Under the pieces are notes generated by a model that saw only the letters and a program-made list of their open reading frames with translations, was not told where the DNA came from and made no database searches. Below, one piece after another: positions 8,717 through 17,595 of a stretch of DNA of 64,000 nt. The position numbers were made by a program, and so were the translations under genes. The stretch's first letter is position 1, and each line of letters opens with the position of its first letter. The DNA comes from Candidatus Yanofskybacteria bacterium (GTDB taxonomy: Bacteria; Patescibacteriota; Minisyncoccia; 2-02-FULL-40-12; GWA2-44-9): assembly GCA_020852375.1 (NCBI GenBank), contig JADZAY010000005.1:19814-83813 (forward strand), read 5' to 3'.

Positions 8717-9097
8717 ATGTCTGAGCTTCAGTATCTGTGCGCATCGTGCGGCGACCCTTTTTCTCGTAACCACGGCGTTTTTCTCGGAACGAAGATGTGT
8801 CCGAGCTGTCGCGAGAGCTCTCCGCTGAGGGAAAAACTTCACGAGGCGCTCGAAGACTTCCGCGAGCAGGGCCTCGGGGCCACCCGCGACGAGCGGGCGG
8901 TAATGGAGGTTCTTGAGGATCGCGCATCGGAGCCGGAGACGCGGTACGTGTGCGGAGATTGCCGAGAGACGGTGGTCTCGGAGGGATCGATCCGGTGCTA
9001 CGGGTGCGAGCAGGAGTACGAGCGGCGAGAGCGTGAAGAGGAGCGCGCCCGTGAGCAGGCAGAGCGCGACTGGGAGCGGTTCAAGCGGTCCATCTAG
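8717..9097 (+). CDS. Double Zn-ribbon hypothetical protein with a charged C-terminal helix
   Basis: CASC...CPSC and CGDC...CYGC; TTGACA-16-CATAAT promoter; SD GGAGGTG. Confidence 0.7.
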   Translation: MSELQYLCASCGDPFSRNHGVFLGTKMCPSCRESSPLREKLHEALEDFREQGLGATRDERAVMEVLEDRASEPETRYVCGDCRETVVSEGSIRCYGCEQEYERREREEERAREQAERDWERFKRSI

Positions 9098-9178
9098 TTT
9101 CGTAATTCTCACGGCGGCCGGCAACGGCCGCTTTTTGGTGGAATAAAAAGCCGCGCAGTTTGTCTGCGCGGCGGAGCT

Positions 9179-9544
9179 TCAGGCGCTCTGCTTCAGGATC
9201 AACGGGATGACGCCGAGCGAGTACCGGACGAAACCGTCTCGGGGCTCTCGGAAGAGCGGATAGTTGAGGATCCAGTTCTCTGAGCTCTGGGCGACCTGGG
9301 GGAGGACGCTCTCGAACGTGCGCCCCTTCACCATGAAGCAGTCGCCAGTGCTCTCGTCCACCACGACGACCGTGACGGGGAAGTCCTCGCTCCCACCGTC
9401 CTTGACGAGCTGGTGGCCGGCGAAGGTGATGCCAGTGAACACCTTCCCGCCCTCGGCGTCCTGAATGGGCTCCCATTGGGCGCTACACAGGGCTTGGAGG
9501 AGTTCGGCCGGCGCGTAGCCGGTCACTTCTGCCATCTCTCGCAT
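9179..9544 (-). CDS. Hypothetical protein
   Basis: SD GGAGGTG; TTGACA promoter at 9598-9603; terminator downstream. Confidence 0.65.
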   Translation of the reverse strand: MREMAEVTGYAPAELLQALCSAQWEPIQDAEGGKVFTGITFAGHQLVKDGGSEDFPVTVVVVDESTGDCFMVKGRTFESVLPQVAQSSENWILNYPLFREPRDGFVRYSLGVIPLILKQSA

Positions 9545-9649
9545 GCCTCACCTCCGGAAGTGAATGCTGACACAAGAATATAACACATTTGCATATTTGT
9601 CAATTTACCTGGCTGGTGAATCGTGGCATACTCACGGCCGGAGGTGGAG

Positions 9650-9883
9650 ATGAAAAAGCGGTACTGGTTGCGTCTCCCGGGGCTTCCCTGGCGGGAAGTT
9701 TCTCGGGAGCGGTACATCGAAGTCGAACGGAATGCAGGTTTTCGTCCGAAGCCCGGACTTGAGCCGCCCGCGACAGCGGCATTCTCGAACGGTATTGTCG
9801 CAGGAACCACCACGCTCGGTCGCAAGATCCCGCCGGTGGTGCTTCCGGTGACCTGCGCCAAAAAGGCGGATGGAGGCAAGTGA
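9650..9883 (+). CDS. Small hypothetical protein
   Basis: SD GGAGGTG; stop overlaps the next start. Confidence 0.55.
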   Translation: MKKRYWLRLPGLPWREVSRERYIEVERNAGFRPKPGLEPPATAAFSNGIVAGTTTLGRKIPPVVLPVTCAKKADGGK

Positions 9884-10314
9884 TGAACATTCACCCGAAC
9901 AGTGCCGCGCTCGGTGCGGCTCTCCTCTTCGGTATCGTCGTCTTTCCCTGGAAGTCGACGGTCGTGACGCTGGGACAGTCGGGGATGTTCCTGTTCGTGG
10001 GTGCCACCTACCTCGCGACTGGCATCATCCTGTATCGGATGTCCGGGTTCTCGTCACAGCTTACGGGAAAGGTGTTCGCGGTCGCGATGGTGATGGCGCT
10101 CATGTATGTGGGCGCTCTCCTCTGCTGTAACTACGCATTCGCGCATCCGAAGGCCAATCTGCCGATCGCGGCGGCGATCACGGCGGCATATCCGCTGGTG
10201 AGCGCCGCGATTACCGTGGTAGCGTTGGGTCAGCGATTCACGCTCCGAGAGACCGTTTTCTTCCTGATGGCGGTCGTCGGTGTATCAGGTCTCGGACTTT
10301 CTTCGAAGGGGTGA
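9883..10314 (+). CDS. Small DMT/EamA-like membrane protein
   Basis: About 5 hydrophobic segments; AAYPLVSA...LGQRFT. Confidence 0.7.
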   Translation: MNIHPNSAALGAALLFGIVVFPWKSTVVTLGQSGMFLFVGATYLATGIILYRMSGFSSQLTGKVFAVAMVMALMYVGALLCCNYAFAHPKANLPIAAAITAAYPLVSAAITVVALGQRFTLRETVFFLMAVVGVSGLGLSSKG

Positions 10315-10322
10315 GGTGAATA

Positions 10323-10526
10323 ATGGGCATGAGCAGTGAGCAGCGGACCCATGAGTGCGGGGAACTGGTAACGCGGGTGCGGATTTCCGATGCGCACGAC
10401 CCGTTTCCGTTCACCCAGTTTCTCGTTCGCGACCCGGAGGACCAGCAGACCTACACCAGCGACTACTGTCCGCGGTGCGGGAAGGAGCTGACCTCGCAAA
10501 ACACGACAGCAGTGAAGCGAACGTAA
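10323..10526 (+). CDS. Small Zn-ribbon protein
   Basis: HEC...YCPRCGKEL; SD GAGGTG. Confidence 0.65.
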   Translation: MGMSSEQRTHECGELVTRVRISDAHDPFPFTQFLVRDPEDQQTYTSDYCPRCGKELTSQNTTAVKRT

Positions 10527-10607
10527 GTTCACCGCCCCTTGTGGGCGGTTTTTGTTGGGGGTATCGTTGGTGTGCAGTTCTTTGAAAATCACCACAAGGA
10601 GTTCGTC

Positions 10608-11357
10608 ATGACGGCCAAAGGTCTTTTATTCGACGTCACTCGGTGCGCACTTTGTGGTGCGTGCTGGTTAGCCGACAAGGAACGGAACGAGCTTCCCATT
10701 CCCGATGGCGATTTCACCGGTGATCGATTGTCGGATACGACATTCCTCGCCATTGAGCGTCACGGGGCTCGGGGTGTTCGGCATTCCTGCATGCATTGTG
10801 TTCAGCCGACGTGCGCTTCGGTGTGCCCGGTTGCTGCGCTCGAAAAGACTTCGATTGGCGCCGTGGTATACCACCAGGAGCGCTGTATCGGGTGTCGGTA
10901 CTGTGTCGTTGCGTGTCCGTTCTGCATTCCGAAGTACGAGTGGAGCAAGCAGCTTCCGTATGTTCGGAAGTGCGACTTCTGCTACAGCCGCATCGTTGCT
11001 GGAGAGTCTCCGGCATGTGCGGCAGCGTGCCCAACCGGTGCGCTTCTCTACGGTGAGCGGAGTGCGCTTCTGCATATCGCGCATGAGCGCATCGCCGCTG
11101 GCAACGGAACATACGTTGATCGTGTGTATGGGGAGTACGAAGTTGGTGGTACCTCGCTCCTCATTCTGACGGATATCCCACTCGAGGAGTTGGGCTATCC
11201 TACCAACCTTCCCGGTACCCCCATGCCGTCTTTGACGTGGGAGGCGCTCGTAAATGTTCCACGGGTTGTTCTACTCGGTGGGGCGATACTAACCGGACTG
11301 TGGTGGCTCACGAAACGCCGCGAAGAAGTGCATGCGGCTCGGAAGGAGCAGCAATGA
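10608..11357 (+). CDS. 4Fe-4S dicluster protein, HybA/NrfC/DmsB family, with C-terminal TM helix
   Basis: CMHCVQPTCASVCP, CIGCRYCVVACP, KCDFC...CAAACPTGAL, VYGEYEVGGT. Confidence 0.92.
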   Translation: MTAKGLLFDVTRCALCGACWLADKERNELPIPDGDFTGDRLSDTTFLAIERHGARGVRHSCMHCVQPTCASVCPVAALEKTSIGAVVYHQERCIGCRYCVVACPFCIPKYEWSKQLPYVRKCDFCYSRIVAGESPACAAACPTGALLYGERSALLHIAHERIAAGNGTYVDRVYGEYEVGGTSLLILTDIPLEELGYPTNLPGTPMPSLTWEALVNVPRVVLLGGAILTGLWWLTKRREEVHAARKEQQ

Positions 11358-12892
11358 AACGCAGACTCAGCATCGGGTGGCTGTTCCTGGTTACCGTCCT
11401 GGCGGCGGGCCTCTACAGCATGGCCGTGCGCGTGTTCAAGGGGCTTGGTGCGAGTACACATCTGAGCGACCAGTTCCCGTGGGGGCTATGGGTTGGCTTT
11501 GATGTCTTGTGCGGAGTGGCGCTCGCGGCTGGAGCATTCACGCTCAGTGGCGCGGTCTACATTCTGCACCTGGATCGCTACAAGCCGCTGGTTCGGGCAG
11601 CGATCATGACCGGATTCATCGGATACCTTGCGGCGATCGTCGGCCTTCTGTTCGACCTCGGACACCCCTATCGTATCTGGCACCCACTCATCATGTGGAA
11701 TCCGCACTCGGTAATGTTCGAGATCTCGTGGTGCGTGACCCTCTACACAACGGTGCTTGCGGTGGAGTTCAGTGCGTTCGTGTTCGAGCGCCTGCGGATG
11801 ACCTTCGCTGCGCGCGCGGCGCTGGCCATAACGGTCCCACTGGTGATTCTGGGAATCATTCTTTCTACCCTCCACCAGTCGTCGCTTGGCTCGCTGTTCC
11901 TTATCGTGCCGTCGAAGCTGCATCCGCTGTGGTATTCGCCATGGCTCCCGATATTCTTCTTTGCTTCAGCGCTTGCAATCGGATGCGGCATGGTTATCGT
12001 CGAGTCGTTCCTCAGTTCCAAGGCATTCAATATGGAGCTTGAGGTCGACATCCTCTCTAGCCTGGGGCGGGTGCTTGTCGTTGTGCTCGGCGTGTACGGT
12101 CTTGCGCGGGTCATTGATCTGACCGACCGCGGCGTTTGGTACCTGGTTGCAGTTCCCGGCTTCGAACGGTGTATGTTCCTTGCCGAGATTCTCCTTGCTC
12201 CCATTGGTGCGATGGTGCTCATGATGATGCCGAATGCGCGGAAGAACCGCCTCGGGCTCTTCATGGGCGGCCTCATGACGGTCGCCGGGTTCATCTTGAA
12301 TCGCTTCAACGTGAGCATGACAGGTCTCGTCCGCGCTTCGGGAACGAAGTATGTTCCCAGCTGGATGGAGATTTCTGTGACGCTGACGCTTGTTGTGGTA
12401 GCGGTCGCGCTTTTCGCTGTTGCAGCGCGCACACTGCGCATTTTCCCTGATGCCAAACCGTGTTTGGAAGAAGGGCAGACGTGCAAGGATAAGCCGAGCT
12501 GCTGTCTCGTGACGCCTGCGAAGCTGTGGATTCTGGCGATATGGGTTGCGGTGGGTATGCTCATCGTGAACGCCGTACGAGATTTTGCGGCATACCAACC
12601 AGCGGCGGTGCAGCACGAGGCAGTACAACGTGGACCCGCTTCCTATCCCGTGCTTCCGAAGACGCTCACATTTACGCCGTCGGCCGACAGTCCTGGACCG
12701 GTTTCTTTCAGCCATGAGACGCATCATGCGCTTGGGGCCTGCGCGGACTGTCATGCCGGTCGGTTCAGCATTCTACCTCGGGGGACGCACAGCGGAGCGG
12801 GGCGCGACATGCATGCGCCCGAGCGCTGTGGCATGTGTCATGATGGCAAGGCTGTGAGCAATGAATGCACAGCGTGCCACGCTGTTCCATAG
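11354..12892 (+). CDS. NrfD/PsrC (HybB-like) membrane subunit fused to a C-terminal c7-like triheme cytochrome
   Basis: PWGLW, DLGHPYRIW, STLHQSSLG, YVPSWMEI; C-terminal FSHETH, CADCH, CGMCH, CTACH. Confidence 0.9.
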   Translation: MKRRLSIGWLFLVTVLAAGLYSMAVRVFKGLGASTHLSDQFPWGLWVGFDVLCGVALAAGAFTLSGAVYILHLDRYKPLVRAAIMTGFIGYLAAIVGLLFDLGHPYRIWHPLIMWNPHSVMFEISWCVTLYTTVLAVEFSAFVFERLRMTFAARAALAITVPLVILGIILSTLHQSSLGSLFLIVPSKLHPLWYSPWLPIFFFASALAIGCGMVIVESFLSSKAFNMELEVDILSSLGRVLVVVLGVYGLARVIDLTDRGVWYLVAVPGFERCMFLAEILLAPIGAMVLMMMPNARKNRLGLFMGGLMTVAGFILNRFNVSMTGLVRASGTKYVPSWMEISVTLTLVVVAVALFAVAARTLRIFPDAKPCLEEGQTCKDKPSCCLVTPAKLWILAIWVAVGMLIVNAVRDFAAYQPAAVQHEAVQRGPASYPVLPKTLTFTPSADSPGPVSFSHETHHALGACADCHAGRFSILPRGTHSGAGRDMHAPERCGMCHDGKAVSNECTACHAVP

Positions 12893-12999
12893 TGTACGGG
12901 GAAACCCGCGGCCGAGGACTCTGTCCTCGGCCGGTTATTATTGACGAGTCTTGCTGCAGTGGTATATTCGGGAGTGGCACATTAAGAAGGGGTGGTGTC

Positions 13000-13251
13000 A
13001 TGGGACCTCTTATCGTCCTGACGGTGACGTTCTGCGTGTTCTGGGTGATCACATACATCGCCATGCACGTTTCCTGCTATCTCAAGCGGAAATACAAGGA
13101 CACCGAGAACAAGATCGCGAAGTTCCTCATGTCCCTCATGTGCGAATCTTGCCGGGCGGCTTGTGAGAATCACATCATGCTCTTCAAGCGCTCGGTCATG
13201 TTCGCGCTACTTCTTTCGATCGTCGCTACGGCGGCCTACTTCATTCGTTGA
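13000..13251 (+). CDS. Small 2-TM hypothetical protein
   Basis: TTGACG-16-TATATT promoter; hydrophobic ends; terminator follows. Confidence 0.6.
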   Translation: MGPLIVLTVTFCVFWVITYIAMHVSCYLKRKYKDTENKIAKFLMSLMCESCRAACENHIMLFKRSVMFALLLSIVATAAYFIR

Positions 13252-13309
13252 CCACCCTTCGGGGTGGTCGTTTTGTGCGTTCATTGGGTTGAGTATGGTA
13301 CAGTGGGGC

Positions 13310-13735
13310 ATGCATCTCAAACTCCAGCGGCTCCACCCCGCCGCGACACTTCCTAGTTATGCGAACCCTGGCGATGCGGGCATGGACCTGCACACCGTTG
13401 AGCGGGTACTCATTCGTCCCGGAGCGTCCGCGGTGGTCGCGACCGGCATTGCCGTTGCATTGCCGCGTGGGTGTGTCGGGCTTATTTGGGACAAAAGCGG
13501 TCTTGCGACCAAGCACGGACTGAAAGTCATGGGAGGCGTCATCGATGAAGGATATCGGGGCGAGATCAAGGTCGGCCTGGTGAACCTCGGGACGAAGCGT
13601 CTGGTGCTCGAGCCTGGCCATAAAGTTGCGCAGATGTTGGTGCAGAGGGTGAGTCGTGTGACGGTAAAAGAAGTGCCCTCGCTCTCGAGCACTCGCCGCG
13701 GCGCCAAGGGTTTTGGATCCAGTGGTATCAAATGA
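13310..13735 (+). CDS. dut: Trimeric dUTPase
   Basis: AGMDL, KSGLA, GVIDEGYRGE, AQM, RGAKGFGSSG. Confidence 0.97.
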   Translation: MHLKLQRLHPAATLPSYANPGDAGMDLHTVERVLIRPGASAVVATGIAVALPRGCVGLIWDKSGLATKHGLKVMGGVIDEGYRGEIKVGLVNLGTKRLVLEPGHKVAQMLVQRVSRVTVKEVPSLSSTRRGAKGFGSSGIK

Positions 13736-13747
13736 TATAGTGGGTTC

Positions 13748-14254
13748 ATGCTGTTGTTCTCATGGTTCGGGCGGCGCTTCTCATGGAAGAAGGCATTCGT
13801 TGCATTCCTGGGCGCGCTTGTAGTGAGCATTGGTGTCGTGATCGTACGAAATGAGCGCTTGCCGAGCGCCCCAGATGTGAAAGGAGCAACCTATCTCCTT
13901 GATGGCGAGCGCATCACGCTTACCGGTATATATACTTACTTTGGCAATGAGGCTGCTGGCGACTTGAATGGCGATGGGAAGGACGATGTCGCATTTTTGT
14001 TTGTTGCTCAGCCGGGGGGTTCAGGCTCATTCTATTATGTTGCGGTCGCGTTGCGGGATGGCGGTGGATATCGGGGAACGAATGCCGTATTTCTCGGCGA
14101 CCGGATCGCTCCCCAGACGATTGGGATCAAAGATGGAGCGGTTGTGGTGAATTATGCCGACCGTCGCGCAGGCGAGCCCTACTCGGTGCGCCCATCCGTG
14201 GGCATCTCGAAATACTTTCATGTCCGGAATGGATCGCTGATCGAGATCAAGTAA
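13748..14254 (+). CDS. Membrane-anchored hypothetical protein with a DxNxDG loop
   Basis: N-terminal TM; GDLNGDGKDD, GGSGSFYY, LGDRIAPQ. Confidence 0.75.
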   Translation: MLLFSWFGRRFSWKKAFVAFLGALVVSIGVVIVRNERLPSAPDVKGATYLLDGERITLTGIYTYFGNEAAGDLNGDGKDDVAFLFVAQPGGSGSFYYVAVALRDGGGYRGTNAVFLGDRIAPQTIGIKDGAVVVNYADRRAGEPYSVRPSVGISKYFHVRNGSLIEIK

Positions 14255-14290
14255 AAAGCCGCGAAGAGAGTCTTCGCGGCTGCTGCCGGG

Positions 14291-15604
14291 TCAGTGGCAG
14301 ACGGGGTTTGCAGTGAGCGTTCCGGTTGCGGTGACCAGTGCCGAGCACTGCATGCCTTTCTTCAGGCCTTTCCAGTACTCCAGCGGTGGGTCGGCGAGCT
14401 GATAGCTCCGGCCCTTCTGGTCTGTGAACGTGACGCGCCGCGTCTCGCTTCGCGCCTTTTCACGCTGTCGGGGTGACAGGTCGGGCGTCGGCCACTTCGG
14501 ATCGGTGTCGAAGGCGCCGGCTCGATCCATGCGCAGGTCGGACCATCGCTCGATGTCGTACGTGTGCTTCAGGGCGTAGACCGGGAACGGTTCCATGATG
14601 TCTTCCGTGCAGGGATGCTTGCACGACACGTACCCGTACTGGTTTTCTTGGCAGTCGTGCGTACAGGAGCGCGTGGTGTACGTGTCCTCGCTGCAGTCGT
14701 GCGTGCACGGCATTGTCGAATAGGTCGGCTCAGAGCAGTAATTTTGCCTGAATCGGCCGTTGCCAAGGTTCGTGGTGCCGCAAGCGTACCGGCGGGTGCC
14801 GGTCTGCATGCGGTGGCCAGAGTGGCAGCGGAAGTGTCGGGTCCCCGTTCTCTCTCGATGCCCACCGGGATGGCAGGTGAAGTGGCGGACGCCGACTTTT
14901 TCACGATCGCCTTGGGGGTGACAGCGGACCGGCCGCTCGCCGATCTTGCGCGAGCCGTAGTGGTGGATGGCCTGATACGAACCGGTCTCGCGACCTCCGG
15001 GCGGGACGGTCCAGTCTTCTTCGTGAACCGTGCGCTCTTCCTCGATGTTGATCGTGCGCTCCCAGGAGACGGTCGTGACCGTGAGCTTCGTCGGGTGCGG
15101 GGTCACAAGCCACCAGATGCCGATCATGGCTCCGATGGCGAGGAGCGCGAGGAGCAGCATGTGGACGGTCAGTGCTCGGTTGATGCGGTCCGGATCGGCG
15201 GCGTTGCTAGCGGGGCGTGAAGCGGTCCTCTTCGGCGCCGCTTCCTCGCGCTGGCGTTGCGTGCGCGGGCTCTCGCTCGGCGCAGCTTCGCGGCTCGTGT
15301 ACTCGGTGACCTTCTGCCGTCGGTTCTCGTCCAGCGGGGCGGAACACTGCGGACACGAGGTCTGACCGGCGGCGACGCTGCTTCCGCAGCTATCGCAGAT
15401 GAGGTCGGATCCGGCCTTCGCCGCAGCGATGCGGCTCGGGTCGGTGACGACTCGGGCATCCGAGGGCAGGTAGAACTCGACGTCTTCGGGGCGCGGGGCG
15501 CCGCAGCCGGCGCACGCCATCGCTTCGCCGTCTTGTCCGGGGTGCCCGTAGGGGCAGTCCCACTTCCCGACGAGGATCTCAGAATCCTCAGGTTCGTCGG
15601 TCAT
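14291..15604 (-). CDS. Zn-ribbon membrane protein with a Cys/His-rich nested repeat insert
   Basis: WDCPY..CAGCGAPRP and CDSCG..CPQC; one TM; repeat block at about 14600-14925; TTGACT-16-TATAAT promoter. Confidence 0.8.
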   Translation of the reverse strand: MTDEPEDSEILVGKWDCPYGHPGQDGEAMACAGCGAPRPEDVEFYLPSDARVVTDPSRIAAAKAGSDLICDSCGSSVAAGQTSCPQCSAPLDENRRQKVTEYTSREAAPSESPRTQRQREEAAPKRTASRPASNAADPDRINRALTVHMLLLALLAIGAMIGIWWLVTPHPTKLTVTTVSWERTINIEEERTVHEEDWTVPPGGRETGSYQAIHHYGSRKIGERPVRCHPQGDREKVGVRHFTCHPGGHRERTGTRHFRCHSGHRMQTGTRRYACGTTNLGNGRFRQNYCSEPTYSTMPCTHDCSEDTYTTRSCTHDCQENQYGYVSCKHPCTEDIMEPFPVYALKHTYDIERWSDLRMDRAGAFDTDPKWPTPDLSPRQREKARSETRRVTFTDQKGRSYQLADPPLEYWKGLKKGMQCSALVTATGTLTANPVCH

Positions 15605-15720
15605 GGCTTGTTCCTTTCCTGTAAACGAACGATGGAATTATTATATACAAATTGTAGGAAAAGTCAATTATTCGGCACTTCACGCCTTGCTCGCTCGCGG
15701 TTGCGGTGTATGCTTACGCT

Positions 15721-16308
15721 ATGAACAAGAAACTCATTGCGGGAGCAGTTGCACTGCTCGTGGTCGCGGGTGCGGTGTGGTACCTCGGCGGTCGAGGCGG
15801 CGGTGGCGGGGCGACGATGACTCTGCGGTCCTTGATGGCAGCAGGGCGCGCGCAAAAATGCACGTACACATTCTCTGCTGGCGGCGTAACGAGCGCCGGA
15901 ACCGTGTACCTGATGGGCAATCGGATGCGTGGTGACTTCACGACAACGCAGGGTGGCACGACGACCGGTGGGCATATGATCGTCAATGGCGACACCACTT
16001 CATTCTGGACGGACGGTCAGACGCAAGGATTTACGGTGAAGGGTGAGGCATCGGGGGAAGCGGGGAATGCTGTGCGTGATGCGGTAGACCTCGATGCGAA
16101 CACGGCATACAACTGCACGGGGTGGAGCGGCGATGAGCGGCAGTTCACGCTTCCCGTGGGCGTCACCTTTTCCGACTTTTCTTCGATGATGCAGGAGGTT
16201 CAGAAGTCGGCTGGGAATGGAGCTAACCCGCAGTCTGCCTGCGGTGCGTGCGATTCGCTCTCCGGCGACGAGCGAACGCAGTGCCGAGCGGCTCTGCAGT
16301 GTAACTAA
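15721..16308 (+). CDS. Membrane-anchored exported hypothetical protein
   Basis: N-terminal TM; C-terminal CGACDSL...C...C. Confidence 0.75.
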   Translation: MNKKLIAGAVALLVVAGAVWYLGGRGGGGGATMTLRSLMAAGRAQKCTYTFSAGGVTSAGTVYLMGNRMRGDFTTTQGGTTTGGHMIVNGDTTSFWTDGQTQGFTVKGEASGEAGNAVRDAVDLDANTAYNCTGWSGDERQFTLPVGVTFSDFSSMMQEVQKSAGNGANPQSACGACDSLSGDERTQCRAALQCN

Positions 16309-16309
16309 C

Positions 16310-16486
16310 ATGATCCCGTGTACGAATAGATCATCTTCGGGGGCGGTGTACGGTATGGGGTTCATCGGTGCGGCGGTGTATTTTATCCAGCAGGCAACCT
16401 CCTTCGGGAGCGGCGTTGTGGGATTCCTGAAGGCGATCGTGTGGCCGGCCTTCATGGTCTACAAGCTGTTCCAGCTTCTGGGGTAG
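16310..16486 (+). CDS. Small membrane protein
   Basis: GAVYGMGFIGAAVYF...GFLKAIVWPAF. Confidence 0.7.
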   Translation: MIPCTNRSSSGAVYGMGFIGAAVYFIQQATSFGSGVVGFLKAIVWPAFMVYKLFQLLG

Positions 16487-16571
16487 CGCGGGTTATCAAG
16501 GGTGCGCATTGACGCTTCCGCACGGGTGGTATACTTGAAGTGTATTCGTATCAACCTTACCCGCTCTCACT

Positions 16572-16724
16572 ATGTGGTATCTCATTGGTGCAGTGGTTCT
16601 GATCGCGCTTGCGTGGTGGCTCCTCGGTCGTAAAAAGGCGGCTCCGAGCGTCGCTCCGATGCCTCCGCAGCAGCCGATGCCCCCACAGCAGCCTCCGCAG
16701 CAGCCCGGGCAGCCGCAAATGTAG
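16572..16724 (+). CDS. 50-aa single-TM protein with a Pro/Gln tail (not in ORF track)
   Basis: [26 protein letters not shown]...PPQQP repeats; own promoter at 16509-16535 and terminator at 16730-16759. Confidence 0.7.
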   Translation: MWYLIGAVVLIALAWWLLGRKKAAPSVAPMPPQQPMPPQQPPQQPGQPQM

Positions 16725-16783
16725 GTAGCAACAGCGCCCCCGTCCGGGGGTGCTGTTTTGTGCGGTTTTGCTATACTGGGCGC

Positions 16784-17179
16784 ATGGAACCGGATGCGCT
16801 TCCCAAAAACGACGAAGAATGGCGGAAACGGCTCACTCCGGAGCAGTACGATGTGCTTCGGCGGGGCGGCACGGAAGCCCCGTTCTCCGGGGCATACGTT
16901 GGCGACCATGACGCGGGCATGTACGCATGCGCCGCGTGCGGGCAAGAGCTTTTTTCGAGCGATACAAAGTTCGACTCCGGAACCGGGTGGCCCAGCTTTA
17001 CCGACCCGGTAAACCTGGAGCACATCGAGCTCGTTCCGGACACCAGTCACGGTATGGTGCGTACGGAGGTCCGTTGCCGGCGGTGCGGGTCGCATCTCGG
17101 CCATGTCTTTAATGATGGTCCCCCTGAAAAAGGCGGAAAGCGGTATTGCATCAATTCGGTGTGTCTCCTGAAGAAGTAA
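16784..17179 (+). CDS. msrB: Methionine-R-sulfoxide reductase
   Basis: [29 protein letters not shown]. Confidence 0.97.
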   Translation: MEPDALPKNDEEWRKRLTPEQYDVLRRGGTEAPFSGAYVGDHDAGMYACAACGQELFSSDTKFDSGTGWPSFTDPVNLEHIELVPDTSHGMVRTEVRCRRCGSHLGHVFNDGPPEKGGKRYCINSVCLLKK

Positions 17180-17186
17180 GCGCTCT

Positions 17187-17552
17187 ATGACGCCCACAAC
17201 GCTCAGAACCATTGCCCTCTGCACGGGAGCCGCGCTGATCGCGACGGCGGTGTTCGGATTGTGCGCGATGACCGTTGATGCCATGGGGTCGCACGACATG
17301 CAGTGCGGGGGCATGGCGCTTGCTTCGTTGCTGTGTGAGTCGACCGTTACGCAGACGAATCTGCATTTTATAACGGTCGCGCTTGCGCTGTTTGTCGGGA
17401 TGGTCGTTTGCCTCGCCGCTTTCCATCGAGTGGCGGCGCCCCTCCTTCGCCCGGCATATCAGCGGGAACGTTTCTATTCTCATCTCCCCATGACCGCTCT
17501 GCGGCTTGCACTCGCGCGGGGTGTCTTGCAACCGAAAGTGTTTTCCAACTAG
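17187..17552 (+). CDS. Hypothetical membrane protein upstream of the copper operon
   Basis: Two TM segments with His/Met/Cys residues; ends RGVLQPK. Confidence 0.6.
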   Translation: MTPTTLRTIALCTGAALIATAVFGLCAMTVDAMGSHDMQCGGMALASLLCESTVTQTNLHFITVALALFVGMVVCLAAFHRVAAPLLRPAYQRERFYSHLPMTALRLALARGVLQPKVFSN

Positions 17553-17595
17553 GGCGCGTTGCGCACAGGCGCAGTGGTCGGATAACACTGAAGTC

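Noticed and set aside
3731-10526. Prophage
   Set aside because: No integrase, terminase, capsid or replication genes; the orphans are interleaved with ordinary cellular genes.
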